A DNA stretch of 64,000 bases from Octopus sinensis (lineage: Eukaryota), in NCBI RefSeq assembly GCF_006345805.1, contig NC_042997.1, positions 147,126,001 to 147,190,000 on the forward strand, in the 5' to 3' direction. The notes beneath the pieces are model-generated. The model was not told where the DNA came from. It saw only the letters and a list, made by a program, of their open reading frames with translations, and did not search any database. Positions 1 through 12,241 of this stretch are shown here, one piece after another. Made by a program: the position numbers and the translations under genes. Each line of letters opens with the position of its first letter. Position 1 is the first letter of the stretch.

Positions 1-1180
1 TAACTTTTTAAAACGTTTTTATCTGAAACTGTTCAGAGAAGGAAGCACTGAAGATAGCCTCCCACTGTAAATGATCACATTTGCAATCCGTTTTGCACCA
101 ATTTAACATACGCAAAAGCACACAAACATACATGCGCTTAACATACAATCACGTATCCATGAAGATCAGTTCCACGCTCTTTTTCTCGATAATTTATGTT
201 TGCCTGCCATGAACATTCAGTCGTTAAATGCAAAGATTTTCCAACCACTTTGATTAGTATCCCAGTATTTGCTCCCCTTTTCACCAAGCTATTCAAGCTT
301 TCTCTTAATACAAATATCTAGTTAACGCTATGGAATTGCATGGGAAATTTATTTGATATTACAGACTACAGTTTTAGAGCCCAGTTTAGCACAACTTCAT
401 GACCTTCAACTGCCTTTGATGGAATTTACTTTGTTGGAAGGAATCAAACAAAGTCTCCGGTTTGAGAATAACTTTTCATTCATGCCATCAGTCTCGGTGA
501 ATGACAAAAAAAAAAAAAAAAAAGACCCATGGGAGTTATCCACCCTTCCCTGACTAAGTTGCAAAGAATATAAGTTCGATTGAAAAACAGGCAACTACTA
601 TACATTGGGAATGCGGAAAGGGACCATTTTCATTTACTAACTTCTAAGTAAGTCTCAATGTGGTCAATCGATTCTCAAATGATACCCTGTCGTGGCATGC
701 TCAAAGAAAACCTATAAAATTGCAGATTGCACTTACTCATTTAGCTGGTTACCTGTGTGCCATAGATCTGCCGCCTAATCAGAGCTGTATTATACGCAAA
801 ACTAACTTCAGTAGGATTTGAACCCCGAACGCTGAAACCCGTTACTAATACTTCAAGGCATTTTATTCGTTGCTCTAAAAACTGCCAATTTTCTGCTTTA
901 AAACATTGTGTAAAGTGGGATTCGAACTGACGCCAACATTTGTAGACCAGAATACTCATTGTTCTGATTAAGAAGTTGTACGTTGAATTTGGCGCCTTAC
1001 ACTGTTTGGCCTCTCTGGGGTCTTTGCTAAAAGGTGCGATACGTTGGATATTAGAAAGCTTGAATAAAGAAGATATGGCCATGGCAGTATCGTCTGAACT
1101 TAAGTCTGCTGTAAAATGATTGACCTCAGCCTAAACAGCAACAATAGCAACAACTGATTAATATTTTATCAGACCTAAAA

Positions 1181-1387
1181 CGGCGAGCTGGCAGAGTCGT
1201 TACCGCACCGGGCAAAATGCTTAGCGGCATTTCGAGCGTTGTTCTGTGTTCAAGTTCCACCGAAGTCGACTTTGCGTTTCATCCTTTCGAGGTCGCGAAA
1301 ATAAGTACCTTTTACCTACTGGGAGCGATGTAATCGACTGCCACCTTCCTTCTCGTAATTGCTGGTGTTGTTCCAAAATTTGAAATC
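1181..1387 (+). mobile_element. tRNA-headed SINE, family A (GGCGGCGAGCTGGCAGAA... type)
   Basis: A-box-like TGGCAGAGTCG and B-box-like GTTCAAGTTCC; body matches more than 10 other copies in this window. Confidence 0.85.
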
Positions 1388-1546
1388 AGTATTTTATCAG
1401 GCCTGAAAGAGATAAAATTCGAAATCAAGACGAGCAAGAATTGAACTTCGAACACTGAAAAATGAAAGCAAATAACAGACAGCGTTTAAGCCGACATTTT
1501 TACCATTTCTTGAAACCAACTACTTCCACTACAACAACAAACACTA

Positions 1547-1700
1547 ATGGTTACTGATGACGACGACGATGACGATGACGATGATGATGATGATCAGCAA
1601 AAGATGATGATGATGATGATGATAATGATGTCGACTATGATTACGATTGCAATGATTGTGATGATGATGTTAGTAGTGGTGGCGGTGATGATGATGCTGT
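1547..1700. repeat. (GAT)n/(GAC)n degenerate trinucleotide tract
   Basis: Visible repeat; explains the poly-D/M ORF 1547..1735. Confidence 0.9.
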
Positions 1701-2423
1701 TTCTGAAGACGCAGCTCTGCATCTCATTGATCTAAGGAGTTGAATGTAGATAAAATAGATGAGAAATGTCTTCCTCGTTTAGTTTTTTCTTATTTTTGTT
1801 TCTATATTTTTTCTTCCTTCCTTTCTTTCCTTTCTATATTAGTGGCTACTTCTCAACATCAACCTCTCTCTCTCTGTCATCCCTTCTCTCTCTCTTTCTC
1901 TGTCTTATTCTCTCTTAGTCTTTCTCTGTATTTACTCTCTTCTCTAGAATAATTATGAGAGAAAAAGCCTTGCATAAATCTAGGTTGTTTGCTGCATACT
2001 TTGCCATAAATGTCAGAGTTAAATAGATCAGGCAGGCTTAATTTATACAGATGAACGAAGAAGTACATCTATATCACTCTACATTTTCGGCTCTCTTGCT
2101 TTCTCTCTTTCTCATACACACATTCAAACATAGATAGATTCATTCATACATACATAAATGCATGCGTTTACACACAAGCGTACACCGATACACACATCTA
2201 CACACATATACACACAAACGCACGCATATACACACAAACGCACGCATATATATCGGCATGTATGCCATTTTCCTTATTCTTCCTGAATAGCTATAGAAAT
2301 GTATCATGCAAACTTATATTCATAAACATGCATATCAAAAGGTACAAACAACTTGTTTACACACACACACATCCATACGCTGCCTTCCCCACGTATTCTT
2401 CAGATCTTTTATCTATTCTATTA

Positions 2424-2424
<1 letters not shown>

Positions 2425-2508
<84 letters not shown>

Positions 2509-2683
2509 TAATATATTGTTTGTATAAACATGAATGAATATGTATGTGTGTGCCTAAGTGTATTTATATTAATCAACTTATGTATACGTTATGCGTATTC
2601 ATAAAACAACTTCTATGTTTTGTATACATAAACAGTATGCAATTATATATTAGAATAGATATCCGTACATATACATACGTACA

Positions 2684-2714
<31 letters not shown>

Positions 2715-2740
2715 CATACTCATATATATATATATATGTA
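2425..2740. repeat. (TA)n and (TACA)n microsatellite cluster
   Basis: Visible repeats. Confidence 0.9.
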
Positions 2741-4228
2741 TGTGTGTATTCATGTTTTTATGGCTGTACGCATGTGCATGTATGTAAACATGCGAGCCAT
2801 TGAATAGCGTCAGATAAGTTATTAAATTTAACAATTGGCATGCAAACATGAAAATTGTAAACTTCATGACTCTAACTTTTGCATAGGTTCTATAGATGTT
2901 TCGTACTTTCTCGTAGGGTCAGCATGCGTGTATTGCAAATATCCATTGCAATACGTTATGCAACGAACAATAAATTTAGACAAAAAAAACTCCCCAAAAA
3001 ACCCCAAATATTATTTGATAGCACAAGTGACTTACATAGAATTCTATAACAATGTGAGAAAATTGTTCATGGAAACCACGTCGATAACAATCAAGTAAAC
3101 GAAAGCTTAGCACACAGATAACATATCCAAGCTAAATATGGATGCGAACATAAATCACAGATATGAGATGTAATGTATAAGCTGATTCAATGGAGAGAAA
3201 CGATGCAGTTATTAAGCAAACCACACAACCGTACTGGGATCACAAAATAATCTGAAAGTGATGCGACTTCAAATGGCTTAACGTAACAGCCGAATGTCTT
3301 GATTGGCCTGGTGGTTAATGTTGCAAGCATTTCATTTGATACATACGTTTGAATCTTTCTATTCTTTCTCATATACACGTCTGAGTGTTCCATTTCTTAG
3401 TTTCTGTTTGCATCCATATTTAGTTTAACATACAAACCTTTTATTCATCGTTGAATCTTGTGGTGTATAGGGTTATAGGTTTGTAGATTCGTGCTCATGA
3501 TGTGGTTTTGAATTCTAGGATTCTTTCGTTTTACAATGTATTCTGTTAGTTTGTTATTACCTGTAAAACATGCGTTCAGCTTTATGAGTTCTTTTTTTTA
3601 TATAACGAATTCCTGAATTTTATAGCACGCATTTAATTTGTGTAATATACTTCAGGCAACATGTTTGTCTGATGTATCTGTTACATTTATCAGAGTAATT
3701 TGTTTTTGCACTGTTTGACATTTCTTCTTTTCAAAGAATCATTTGTAGAAAAGAATATATGAGGAGAATTTATTATTATCATTATATATTGACCAAACTA
3801 TGATCAAACTTCTGTTACTATTGAAGACTTCTACGGAAGACAGTGATGTTATTAACTGTTCGTTTTACGTCTAAATTTATTGCACGTAGCATAATATAAT
3901 GTGTTGTAATTTATTGTACAATACATATAATGTGCTGTAATTTGTAGTAGACGCATGGTGAACCCATCAAAAAGTGTAGGACATTCAGTACAATTATTAT
4001 AGTAAAATATAAGCAAACAAACCATGTTTCATTAGAAACATTAGAATATTTCTACCTGGGCTCCATTCGTTACAGGCAACACATCTAGATGTTAAACTGT
4101 GGCCATTGTTAGGATAATTTCTGAACATCTTGTAGTTGCTTACGGAGTAAAATAGGGAGAGAGAGAGAGAAAGATTACAGGGATAGAAGAGAGGGTGAAT
4201 ATTCTCTTTAAGCGGAGAGAACAGCTTC

Positions 4229-4240
4229 ACGGTTTATAAT

Positions 4241-4325
<85 letters not shown>

Positions 4326-4335
4326 CTGTTGTTGC
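4229..4335. repeat. (TTA)n(TTG)n tract at the 3' end of the minus-strand Dong-like LINE
   Basis: Visible repeat abutting the LINE 3' UTR. Confidence 0.95.
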
Positions 4336-5897
4336 CTTTGCACAGCTTCTAACGCTGGAGATGTACTACAGTGTCAGCTGTTAACTACCAGTGAACTAAG
4401 GTGACACCTTACTTTTCGAGCACCTTCCAGAGTATTCGAGCGGTTCCAAGCAGTGCTGATTTCTGTAAATGCACCACCCTTATTGCAGCCCCTATTTGTT
4501 CCGCGTACTTCTCGAGATTTTTACTCACTGTCCCCAGAGCTCCGACAATTATTGGTACTACTGTTACCTTTTTCATCAACCACAACTGCTTAACCTCCCA
4601 AGAAGACCTGTCATATCTCTCGACTTCTTTCTTCCTTATCGCATACTTTGTTGTCAGCTGGGCGTACTATATCTACAATCCAGCATAGTTTGTTTTCTTT
4701 CTCAATTAAGACAATGTCCGGCTTCCTATTCTCAATCTCATGGTCGCACTGAATCATAAGGAGGATCTTTGCATTTCTATTTTCGACAATGTCTTCAGGT
4801 TTGTGGTCGTACCAGTTTTTTTTCCCTGTCACGTACATACTTGTTGCAAAGTGTCCAATGGAGAAGCCTGGCTATATTGTCGTGGCGTCTCTTATATTCC
4901 TTCTGGGTTAGTGGCGTACATTGGCTGGTAATATGCCATACGGTTTCACCATTTTGTCCACAGATTCTGCACTTAACACTTTCTGATGTGCTGTCTATTC
5001 TGTATTTTATGTAGTTTGTTCTTAGTGCTTGCACTTGGGCAGCACAGATTAGAGCTTCCGTTTCCAGTTTTAAATTACTCTTAGTCATCCACAGCCATCT
5101 TTTTTCTCTGTCTGTCTTATCTTCAACATCCCTATGAAATTCACCACGCATTCTTTTCTTTACCCACCTATTTTCAGTTTCATTCGTTTTCAATTTCTTG
5201 TACAGTGCTTTATCTTTGCAATCTTTCATCCTACACAAGCATGACCTTCCTACTTCTAATATTAGCGGTTCTGTAGCATTATGTTGTTTTCTTCTGCTCT
5301 AATGCTGTGTTCGCATCCAATAAGTCTTCTTCCCCCTTTTTTCTTGGTACATACAGTCTGACTGTGTCACTTTTTGGGTGGAGTGACCCATATCTAGTTA
5401 GCAACTTCCTTGTCTTTCTGTCTAAGCTGCTTAGTCCGTCTACTGTCCATGCGATTACCCCTGCTCCATATCTAAGGAGTGAAATCGCCCAGGTGTTGAT
5501 AGCTTTGATCTTATTCCGTCCGTTTAATTTCGACTTAAGGATCAGTTCCAGTCTGCGCAAGTACTCCACTTTAAAATTTTCTGTCACTTCTTTCTCCATT
5601 AATTTATCCATTTCCAAAATCGCCAAGTACTTATAGCCCGTCTCTTCTATCTGCTTCATAACCTCCCCCGACGGTATCGTTAGTCCGTCCATACATTTGA
5701 TTTTTGCCTCTCTTCAATACTAAAACACCACACTTTCTCGGTCCGAACTCCATTTTGGTATCAGCACTGAAGGTATACACCGTATGAACAAGGAAACTGA
5801 CTTGGGTCGCATCTTTACCATAAAGTTTGAGGACCTCTATGAATTACAAATGGTTGACTTTTTGTTGGCGGTTTTTGAATACATGCTCAGCTTTTGC
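4336..5897 (-). mobile_element. 5'-truncated R4/Dong-type RLE non-LTR retrotransposon relic (copy 1)
   Basis: Frameshifted minus-strand peptides: decayed RT motif KVNHL*FIEVLKLYG (from FMDDLKLYG); thumb KLNGRNKIKAINTWA...HPKSDTVRLY; CCHC knuckle CRICGQNGETVWHITSQC; RLE RKPDIVLIEKENKLCWIVD; C-terminus GALGTVSKNL...QKSALLGTARIL. (TAA)n on both sides. Confidence 0.93.
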
Positions 5898-5908
5898 TAT
5901 TATTATTA

Positions 5909-5966
<58 letters not shown>

Positions 5967-5975
5967 AATTATTAA

Positions 5976-6190
5976 GGCGGTGAGCTGGCATAATCGTTAG
6001 CGCGCTGGGCGAAATGTTTAATGGCATTTCGCCTATCGCTACATTCTGAGTTCAAATTCCGTCGAGATCGACTTTGCCTTTCATCCTTTCGGTGTGGATA
6101 AATTAAATACCTGTAGAGAAATGAGGTCGATGTAATCGACTTAACCACTTCCCCGAAATTTCGGGCCTTGTGCCTATAGTAGAAAGGTTT
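5976..6190 (+). mobile_element. SINE family A (first of a near-identical tandem pair)
   Basis: Full head and body; B-box GAGTTCAAATTCC. Confidence 0.9.
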
Positions 6191-6231
6191 ATCATTATTA
6201 TTATTATTATTATTATTATTTTATTATTATT

Positions 6232-6262
<31 letters not shown>

Positions 6263-6271
6263 AATTATTAA

Positions 6272-6487
6272 GGCGGTGAGCTGGCATAATCGTTAGCGCG
6301 CTGGGCGAAATGTTTAATGGCATTTCGCCTATCGCTACATTCTGAGTTCAAATTCCGTCGAGATCGACTTGCCTTTCATCCTTTCGGTGTGTGGATAAAT
6401 TAAATACCTGTAGAGAAATGAGGTCGATGTAATCGACTTAACCACTTCCCCGAAATTTCGGGCCTTGTGCCTATAGTAGAAAGGTTT
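6272..6487 (+). mobile_element. SINE family A (tandem duplicate)
   Basis: Differs from 5976-6190 only by two small indels that I can see. Confidence 0.9.
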
Positions 6488-6488
6488 A

Positions 6489-6551
<63 letters not shown>

Positions 6552-6557
6552 TTTATT

Positions 6558-6753
6558 ATGCACATATCGACAGCCACTAAGGGACATGTTCAACCTGTTA
6601 AGGTCAAATGACTGATAAGCAAATCTGTGGTATTGAGCAGGATATTTGCTGTAGCCCATCTTTTATACCAAGACAAAACAATGTACATGATAACAATTCC
6701 AGTCAGTTAAGATGAGAAGCCATGAGAGCCACTGCTTGGTACTGCATCAGGGC

Positions 6754-6755
<2 letters not shown>
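6558..6755 (-). mobile_element. Probable interspersed-repeat fragment between (TAA)n tracts
   Basis: Non-simple island between two TTA tracts; resembles a recalled octopus repeat; only one copy in the window. Confidence 0.3.
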
Positions 6756-6813
<58 letters not shown>

Positions 6814-6868
6814 CATTATTATTATTATTATTATTATTGTTGTTGTTGTTGTTGTTGTTTTCGTTGTC

Positions 6869-6918
<50 letters not shown>
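6756..6918. repeat. (TTA)n/(TTG)n microsatellite
   Basis: Visible repeat. Confidence 0.95.
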
Positions 6919-6919
<1 letters not shown>

Positions 6920-7437
6920 AGAGACCTTTTCCCCCATATATATTTATATATATATGAAAACAGAGTCAATACGCACACACACCCCTATATCCATACGTTA
7001 CTTTAATTTGTCAAGAGGAGGAAAATCCCATAGCTTTTTCAGGGCTTCCGTAACTCGTAGGTGGATGAAAGGAAGTTATCTTCACACCAGAGACCTTTCC
7101 CGAGTGCTTGCAGCAGAATAGCCCTTGCTAAAGTTATCCGTGCGTCAGTTGATGGATTACGTCAATCAACGAGAAATAAGACTAGCCCCTCAGACGGGTT
7201 ATCTCTTAGATCCTACCTACCATATTTCACTTAGAAGGCCCAAGATAACTCTAGAAAACACTTAACCTGATGCCCTAGAGTGGAATAGAACTTGTAACTA
7301 TGTATATACTAAACGAACTCCTTAACTGCTCAGACACACCTGGACCCAACATATATTTCTATGTGTATATAGGCATATGTTGGTGCTGATAACGTTTATT
7401 CGGTTTCGTCCTATAGTTAATCTGTGCTTCTACAGTA

Positions 7438-7659
7438 GGAGGGGGCTTTGAAAAGTTCCTGGATTTGGGTAAAAGAAAATACAAGATGATCAGTTGTTAA
7501 TTATGATTTTATTCAACATATTCCCCTCTCAGATTCACACGCTTACTGCAGCGGTCCTTCAGTTTTTCTAAGCCTTGTAAAAGAACTTGGAAAGTTGGGC
7601 GTCCAACCAGGCCTTTCGCGACACCCTTAAAGCCAAGAAATTTTCAGCACCCCTTCTTG
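7438..7659. mobile_element. Mariner-derived MITE (about 220 bp)
   Basis: Imperfect ~30-bp TIRs (GGAGGGGGCTTTGAAAAGTTCCTGGATTTGGGT vs reverse complement of ACCCTTAAAGCCAAGAAATTTTCAGCACCCCTTCTTG), flanked by TA. Confidence 0.75.
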
Positions 7660-8120
7660 TATCTAAAATAGAGATGTTGTAATATAGGTACTTAGATTTA
7701 AATTGTGGCGAGCATTGTTATAATTCAGTATATATGATAATAACATTCTGTTGTTAGTCTTTTTTTCCGTCTATCAGTCTGTTGAAGTGCGACCGTCGTA
7801 ACAAATATGTCAACAACATACCGGGTATAGAAACCAACTACATTGCGAACAATGTTCATGATGTTGATGATGATAATGATATTGACTATAACATCGCCAA
7901 CGATTACGATGATGGTTGGTATGATGATGATTATAATGACAATAGAGATCAATGGCATATGCATATGAAAGAGAGTGTATGTGGTCGTGGCTTAGTGCGC
8001 TCACCCTTTGTCTGTGCAATTTATGATAGTAGACATTATTTAGCCGTCTTTCTAAATATATTTCCAGTATGAAAAATATGTAATTCTCCGTATATACTGA
8101 GAAATAATATTTTACTCTGT

Positions 8121-8158
<38 letters not shown>

Positions 8159-8159
8159 T

Positions 8160-8336
8160 AGACGCAGACGTGGCTGTGTTGTAAGAAGCTTGGCTCCCAA
8201 CCACATGGTTCCGAGTTCAGTCTCTCTCACTGCGCAGAACATTGGGAAAGCATCTTCTAGCATAGCTCCGGGGAAAGAAGCCCGTCGTACACACACATAC
8301 GCACACACATACACACACACATACACACATACACAT

Positions 8337-8376
<40 letters not shown>

Positions 8377-8508
8377 ACACACAAGACTCAGAAGAGGCTA
8401 AGTTGCAAGAAGCTTGTCTCTCAACCACATTGTTCCGAGTTCAGTCTCACTGCGCAGCACATTGGGAAAGTATCTTCTACTATAGCCCCGGGAAAAGAAG
8501 CCTGTCGT

Positions 8509-8510
<2 letters not shown>
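8160..8510 (+). mobile_element. Two tandem internally deleted SINE family B heads
   Basis: GTGGCTGTG..GTAAGAAGCTT..CCAACCACATGGTTCCGAGTTCAGTC heads at ~8160 and ~8395; both lack the same internal block present in full copies such as 16483. Confidence 0.75.
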
Positions 8511-8545
<35 letters not shown>

Positions 8546-8620
8546 CAGTTTATAGTAAAACTGAAAAGGCAAACCGTTTGGCAACACCTGAAAAGACATT
8601 TAATTTAGATAGAGAATATA

Positions 8621-8710
8621 GATATACAGCTGTTTCTAGTATAATCAAGCGTCTGGATCATAATATTGAGTAAGGATTCCATAGGCTGAGTATACCGTCA
8701 TCAGAAAGGC
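8621..8710 (-). ncRNA. Degenerate PLE-type hammerhead ribozyme motif with a long loop II
   Basis: Minus strand: CTGATGA-cGGTATA...TATACTa-GAAA-CAGCTG-TA; closing pair of stem II and stem I are lost. Confidence 0.5.
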
Positions 8711-8827
8711 AGAAGTCAGGGAGATGTAAAAGCAAGGGAGAATCTCCTATCGGACAGATCAGTGTATTCATGATTGCCTAGAATGAGGAAAGAATCAAAG
8801 TAAAATAGGAATGCATTAGGTAGATCA

Positions 8828-8860
<33 letters not shown>

Positions 8861-8862
<2 letters not shown>

Positions 8863-9046
8863 TCTCCATGATAGATCGGTAGCCACTACACACAATTTTT
8901 TCTCTCCTTGTTTTTTTCCGAGTTCCTTTCTGTGGAGGAGCGTAGGCTCGAAACGTAAAAGACTTTTCAATTCCCGAGCGTTATACTAATGCATCAGTTT
9001 GTTTTCTACACTACCTGTCTTCATCTTTTGCTTTTTCGTGAATTCT

Positions 9047-9049
<3 letters not shown>
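8861..9049 (+). mobile_element. Short non-autonomous PLE-terminal-repeat-like element inserted in (TA)n
   Basis: (TA)n on both sides; homologous to 48827-49088 (minus); contains a hammerhead fold. Confidence 0.7.
8926..8961 (+). ncRNA. Minimal type I hammerhead-like ribozyme, variant core CUGUGGA
   Basis: CTTT-CTGTGGA-G-GAGC-GTAG-GCTC-GAAA-CG-T-A-AAAG: stem I 4 bp, stem II 4 bp, palindromic stem III ACGU, GUA cleavage triplet. Confidence 0.7.
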
Positions 9050-9102
<53 letters not shown>

Positions 9103-9422
9103 ATGTGTGTGTGTGTGTGTTGATGTATGCATGTAAGTAAGTATGTGTGTGTGAGTGTGGTGTGTGTATGTGTGAGTGCGTGTGTATGTATGAGTGTGTG
9201 TGTGTGTGTATGTGTGAGTTGTGTGTGTGTGTGTATATATGTGAGTGCGTGTGTTTGTGCTTGTGCACCACCACCGATTGACAACTGGTGTTGGTGTGAC
9301 TGCGTTTCCGTTCGGCACCATAGAATTAGTATATGGCTTTAAAAATAACTACTGGAGGCGATTTGTCCGAACATGCCATTGAAAGTGGTGCCGCAGTATA
9401 ATGCCTAAAAAAAGATGAAAGG

Positions 9423-9452
<30 letters not shown>

Positions 9453-9454
<2 letters not shown>

Positions 9455-9995
9455 CTAGCTGACCCCGTGCAATCAAGAATGACGGCTAATTATAGTATTA
9501 GTATTTTATATATAAAAAGGGTACAAAATGGTGAAAAAAAATCAAACAGTGCTTCAACTCTGTGTTTGTGTGTGTGTGTAAGTGTGTGCGTGCGTAGATA
9601 TGCATACATTTATATGTATGAGTAGCACAGTCTGTAGAGAACGCGGTTTTCTATACTTTGTCATAGCCTGCTTCCTCCCTTTTTAAGTATGTCTGTTTAT
9701 ATACATATATATGTGTAATGCGTGTGTCTGTAATTCTATTTTCTATGTATTTTTCTAAATAAAAAGACACAACCACATATACACTCACTCAAATATATAA
9801 ATATATTTTACACTGATACACACATACACACGCACACACATACTCACGCAGAGTTGAAGCGCTGTTTGATTTTTGCTTCGAAGTGGGATGGTTGACTTTT
9901 CACTATCCCACTTCCATCGATGGATCACCCCTTCCTTCCTCATTCATATGTTGTGACGGAGAAATACAAAAGAATATTATTATATTAGATTAGTA
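9453..9995 (+). mobile_element. Possible Helentron/HINE-like non-autonomous element
   Basis: Starts (TA)n-ACTAGCTGACCCCGTGC with a short IR (CCGT..ACGG), has internal microsatellites, ends in TATTATATTAGATTAGT; family assignment is from recall. Confidence 0.35.
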
Positions 9996-10224
9996 CAGTA
10001 GAAAATAGACGACACTCTCTTTGCCACTTCCGCTCTCTCGTTGCTATTACTTTCTCTCACCCCCTCTCGGTCATGGCTACTACACTCACTACATCTCCTT
10101 GACTGAATTACTATTTTCTCTCCTCTTCCAGCACCATTCATTTTGGACGGACACACACACACATATACACATATATAAAAGCGCTACGCTAATAATTATA
10201 TTACGATATATATATATATATATA

Positions 10225-10948
10225 TTGGGTTGAGGAATAATTTCTGAGCATTTTTCAAATTTAAAAATGCACGCAGCTAAAACGCATTGGCAGAATGTTT
10301 CATGTTATTTAAGAGAGAATTGTTTGCTCTACAAGATAGTGTGTTTTGAATTTTATTACCTCAAAGTACCACCCGCCGTTGGTTTTCGCGCTTCAAAAAT
10401 GGGAATTTTTACATCAAGGACGAATCACACACCGGTCGATTAATTGAGTTCGATGAAGAGCGATTGAAGGAACTTCTTCACGAAAATCCACCTCAAACGA
10501 CCAGAGAATTGGCAGAGGAGATGGATAGTGATAAAAAGAAACTGGGGAACTACCTTCACTCAATGGGCAAGGTTAATCGAACTCACTTGGTCGACCGGTG
10601 TTTGATTCGTCCTTGACGTAAAAATTCCCATTTTTGGAGCGCGGAAACCAATGACGGGCGGTACTTTAAGGTAGTACTCCTTCTTCACACTCAGCACACA
10701 TCTCACGAGCAGCGTCGGCGAGCTTAACACCTTGATTAAATGCAAATAGCGTATATTGTCTCGAAAATGCTCAGTTTTGTCCATTTGACATTCCATTTTA
10801 ATGATCTGAAAATACATAAAATGTCAATAAAATTAAACATTCAAAACACACTAGCTTTCAAAATGACATAAAACATTTTGCCGATGCATTTTATTTCTGC
10901 GTGCATTTTTAAATTAGAAAACAACGCTCATGAATTATTCCCAAACCA
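10225..10948. mobile_element. Foldback mariner derivative made of two 5' ends head-to-head
   Basis: TA-flanked TIRs (TTGGGTTGAGGAATAAT / TGGTTTGGGAATAAT). Both arms encode mariner N-terminal HTH peptides: minus MECQMDKTEHFR...FNQG..ADAARE..WF..KNGNF..KDES.TGR; plus WFSRFKNGNF..DEERLKELLHENPPQTTRELAEEM. Confidence 0.9.
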
Positions 10949-11639
10949 TATGTGTTTGTGGATATGTGTAAGCATGCGTATATGGTTATATATTTATAAG
11001 CATATATGAGGCACACACACAGAGGGATTAATGTGTGTTTATATAATTTTTCTCACATCTACTTATATGTGTGTGTGTATGTATTATATTATATATTCAT
11101 ATATATGTTTAGTTATATATATGTATATATATATTATATACGTATATATATATATATATATGTACGTTAAAATAATTGATTTTTGTCTGTGCATGTTAAA
11201 TGGAGGAGTAGATACTAATAAGACATCCGCAGTCACAAATACTTACTGCACATTACTCTCACAGAAACGGGTGCCAAAAACAGCAACAAAGAATCAAACA
11301 AAATGATAACTGTGAAAGAGATAGAAAACGTGAGTTGCAGTGGTGTTTGTTTGTGCATTTATGTATGTATATATTTGAGTTTGTGTGTCTGCAGTTTTAG
11401 TTTAAATTAAATAAACAGTTAACTTTGATTTATTTAAAATAATAGAGAAAGTAATTGAAAACATTATGTCTGATATTTCAGTCTAATGATATTTACGTTT
11501 ATATATGTTGTTTTCTCAATTTCAATGCGATTGTACGTTCACACAATTTGTTTAAAATTACAAGTATTGACATTCCAAACATCTGCGTTGCTTGTGTCCA
11601 TGTTTTCGTCCTTTATATTTTGTTATCTCCTAAAGCATA

Positions 11640-11658
11640 ACAGACTTCTTTGTAACAC

Positions 11659-11716
<58 letters not shown>

Positions 11717-11892
11717 CATATATTTTATCGGATGAAATAAGAAAAAAGAAACTGGAAAATCGAGCTGTTGCTGAGATGAATGACAAAATATATTATTTAA
11801 GGGGCAATTATATACATGCGTACGTAGATACATACATGCGTACACAGTTCTATATATATATTATATATATATATATATGTGTATGTATGTAT

Positions 11893-11955
<63 letters not shown>

Positions 11956-12147
11956 ATATATACATACATACATTATGTACACGTATATATATAAACATAC
12001 ATTATATATATTATATATATACACATATATAATATACAATATAAATACATATATATGTATATACATATATACCATATAGACATACATTATATATATATAT
12101 ATAGATATTATATATATATATTATATATTATATATATATAAACATAC

Positions 12148-12190
<43 letters not shown>
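11640..12190. repeat. (CA)n and long interrupted (TA)n field
   Basis: Visible repeats. Confidence 0.95.
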
Positions 12191-12193
<3 letters not shown>

Positions 12194-12241
12194 TGACTTT
12201 TTACTTGTGTAGAGTCGCTCAAACTTTTATAAAGGAACGTG

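Noticed and set aside
1-600. ORFs 353..553 and 406..594 as exons
   Set aside because: No recognisable domain or convincing splice pair
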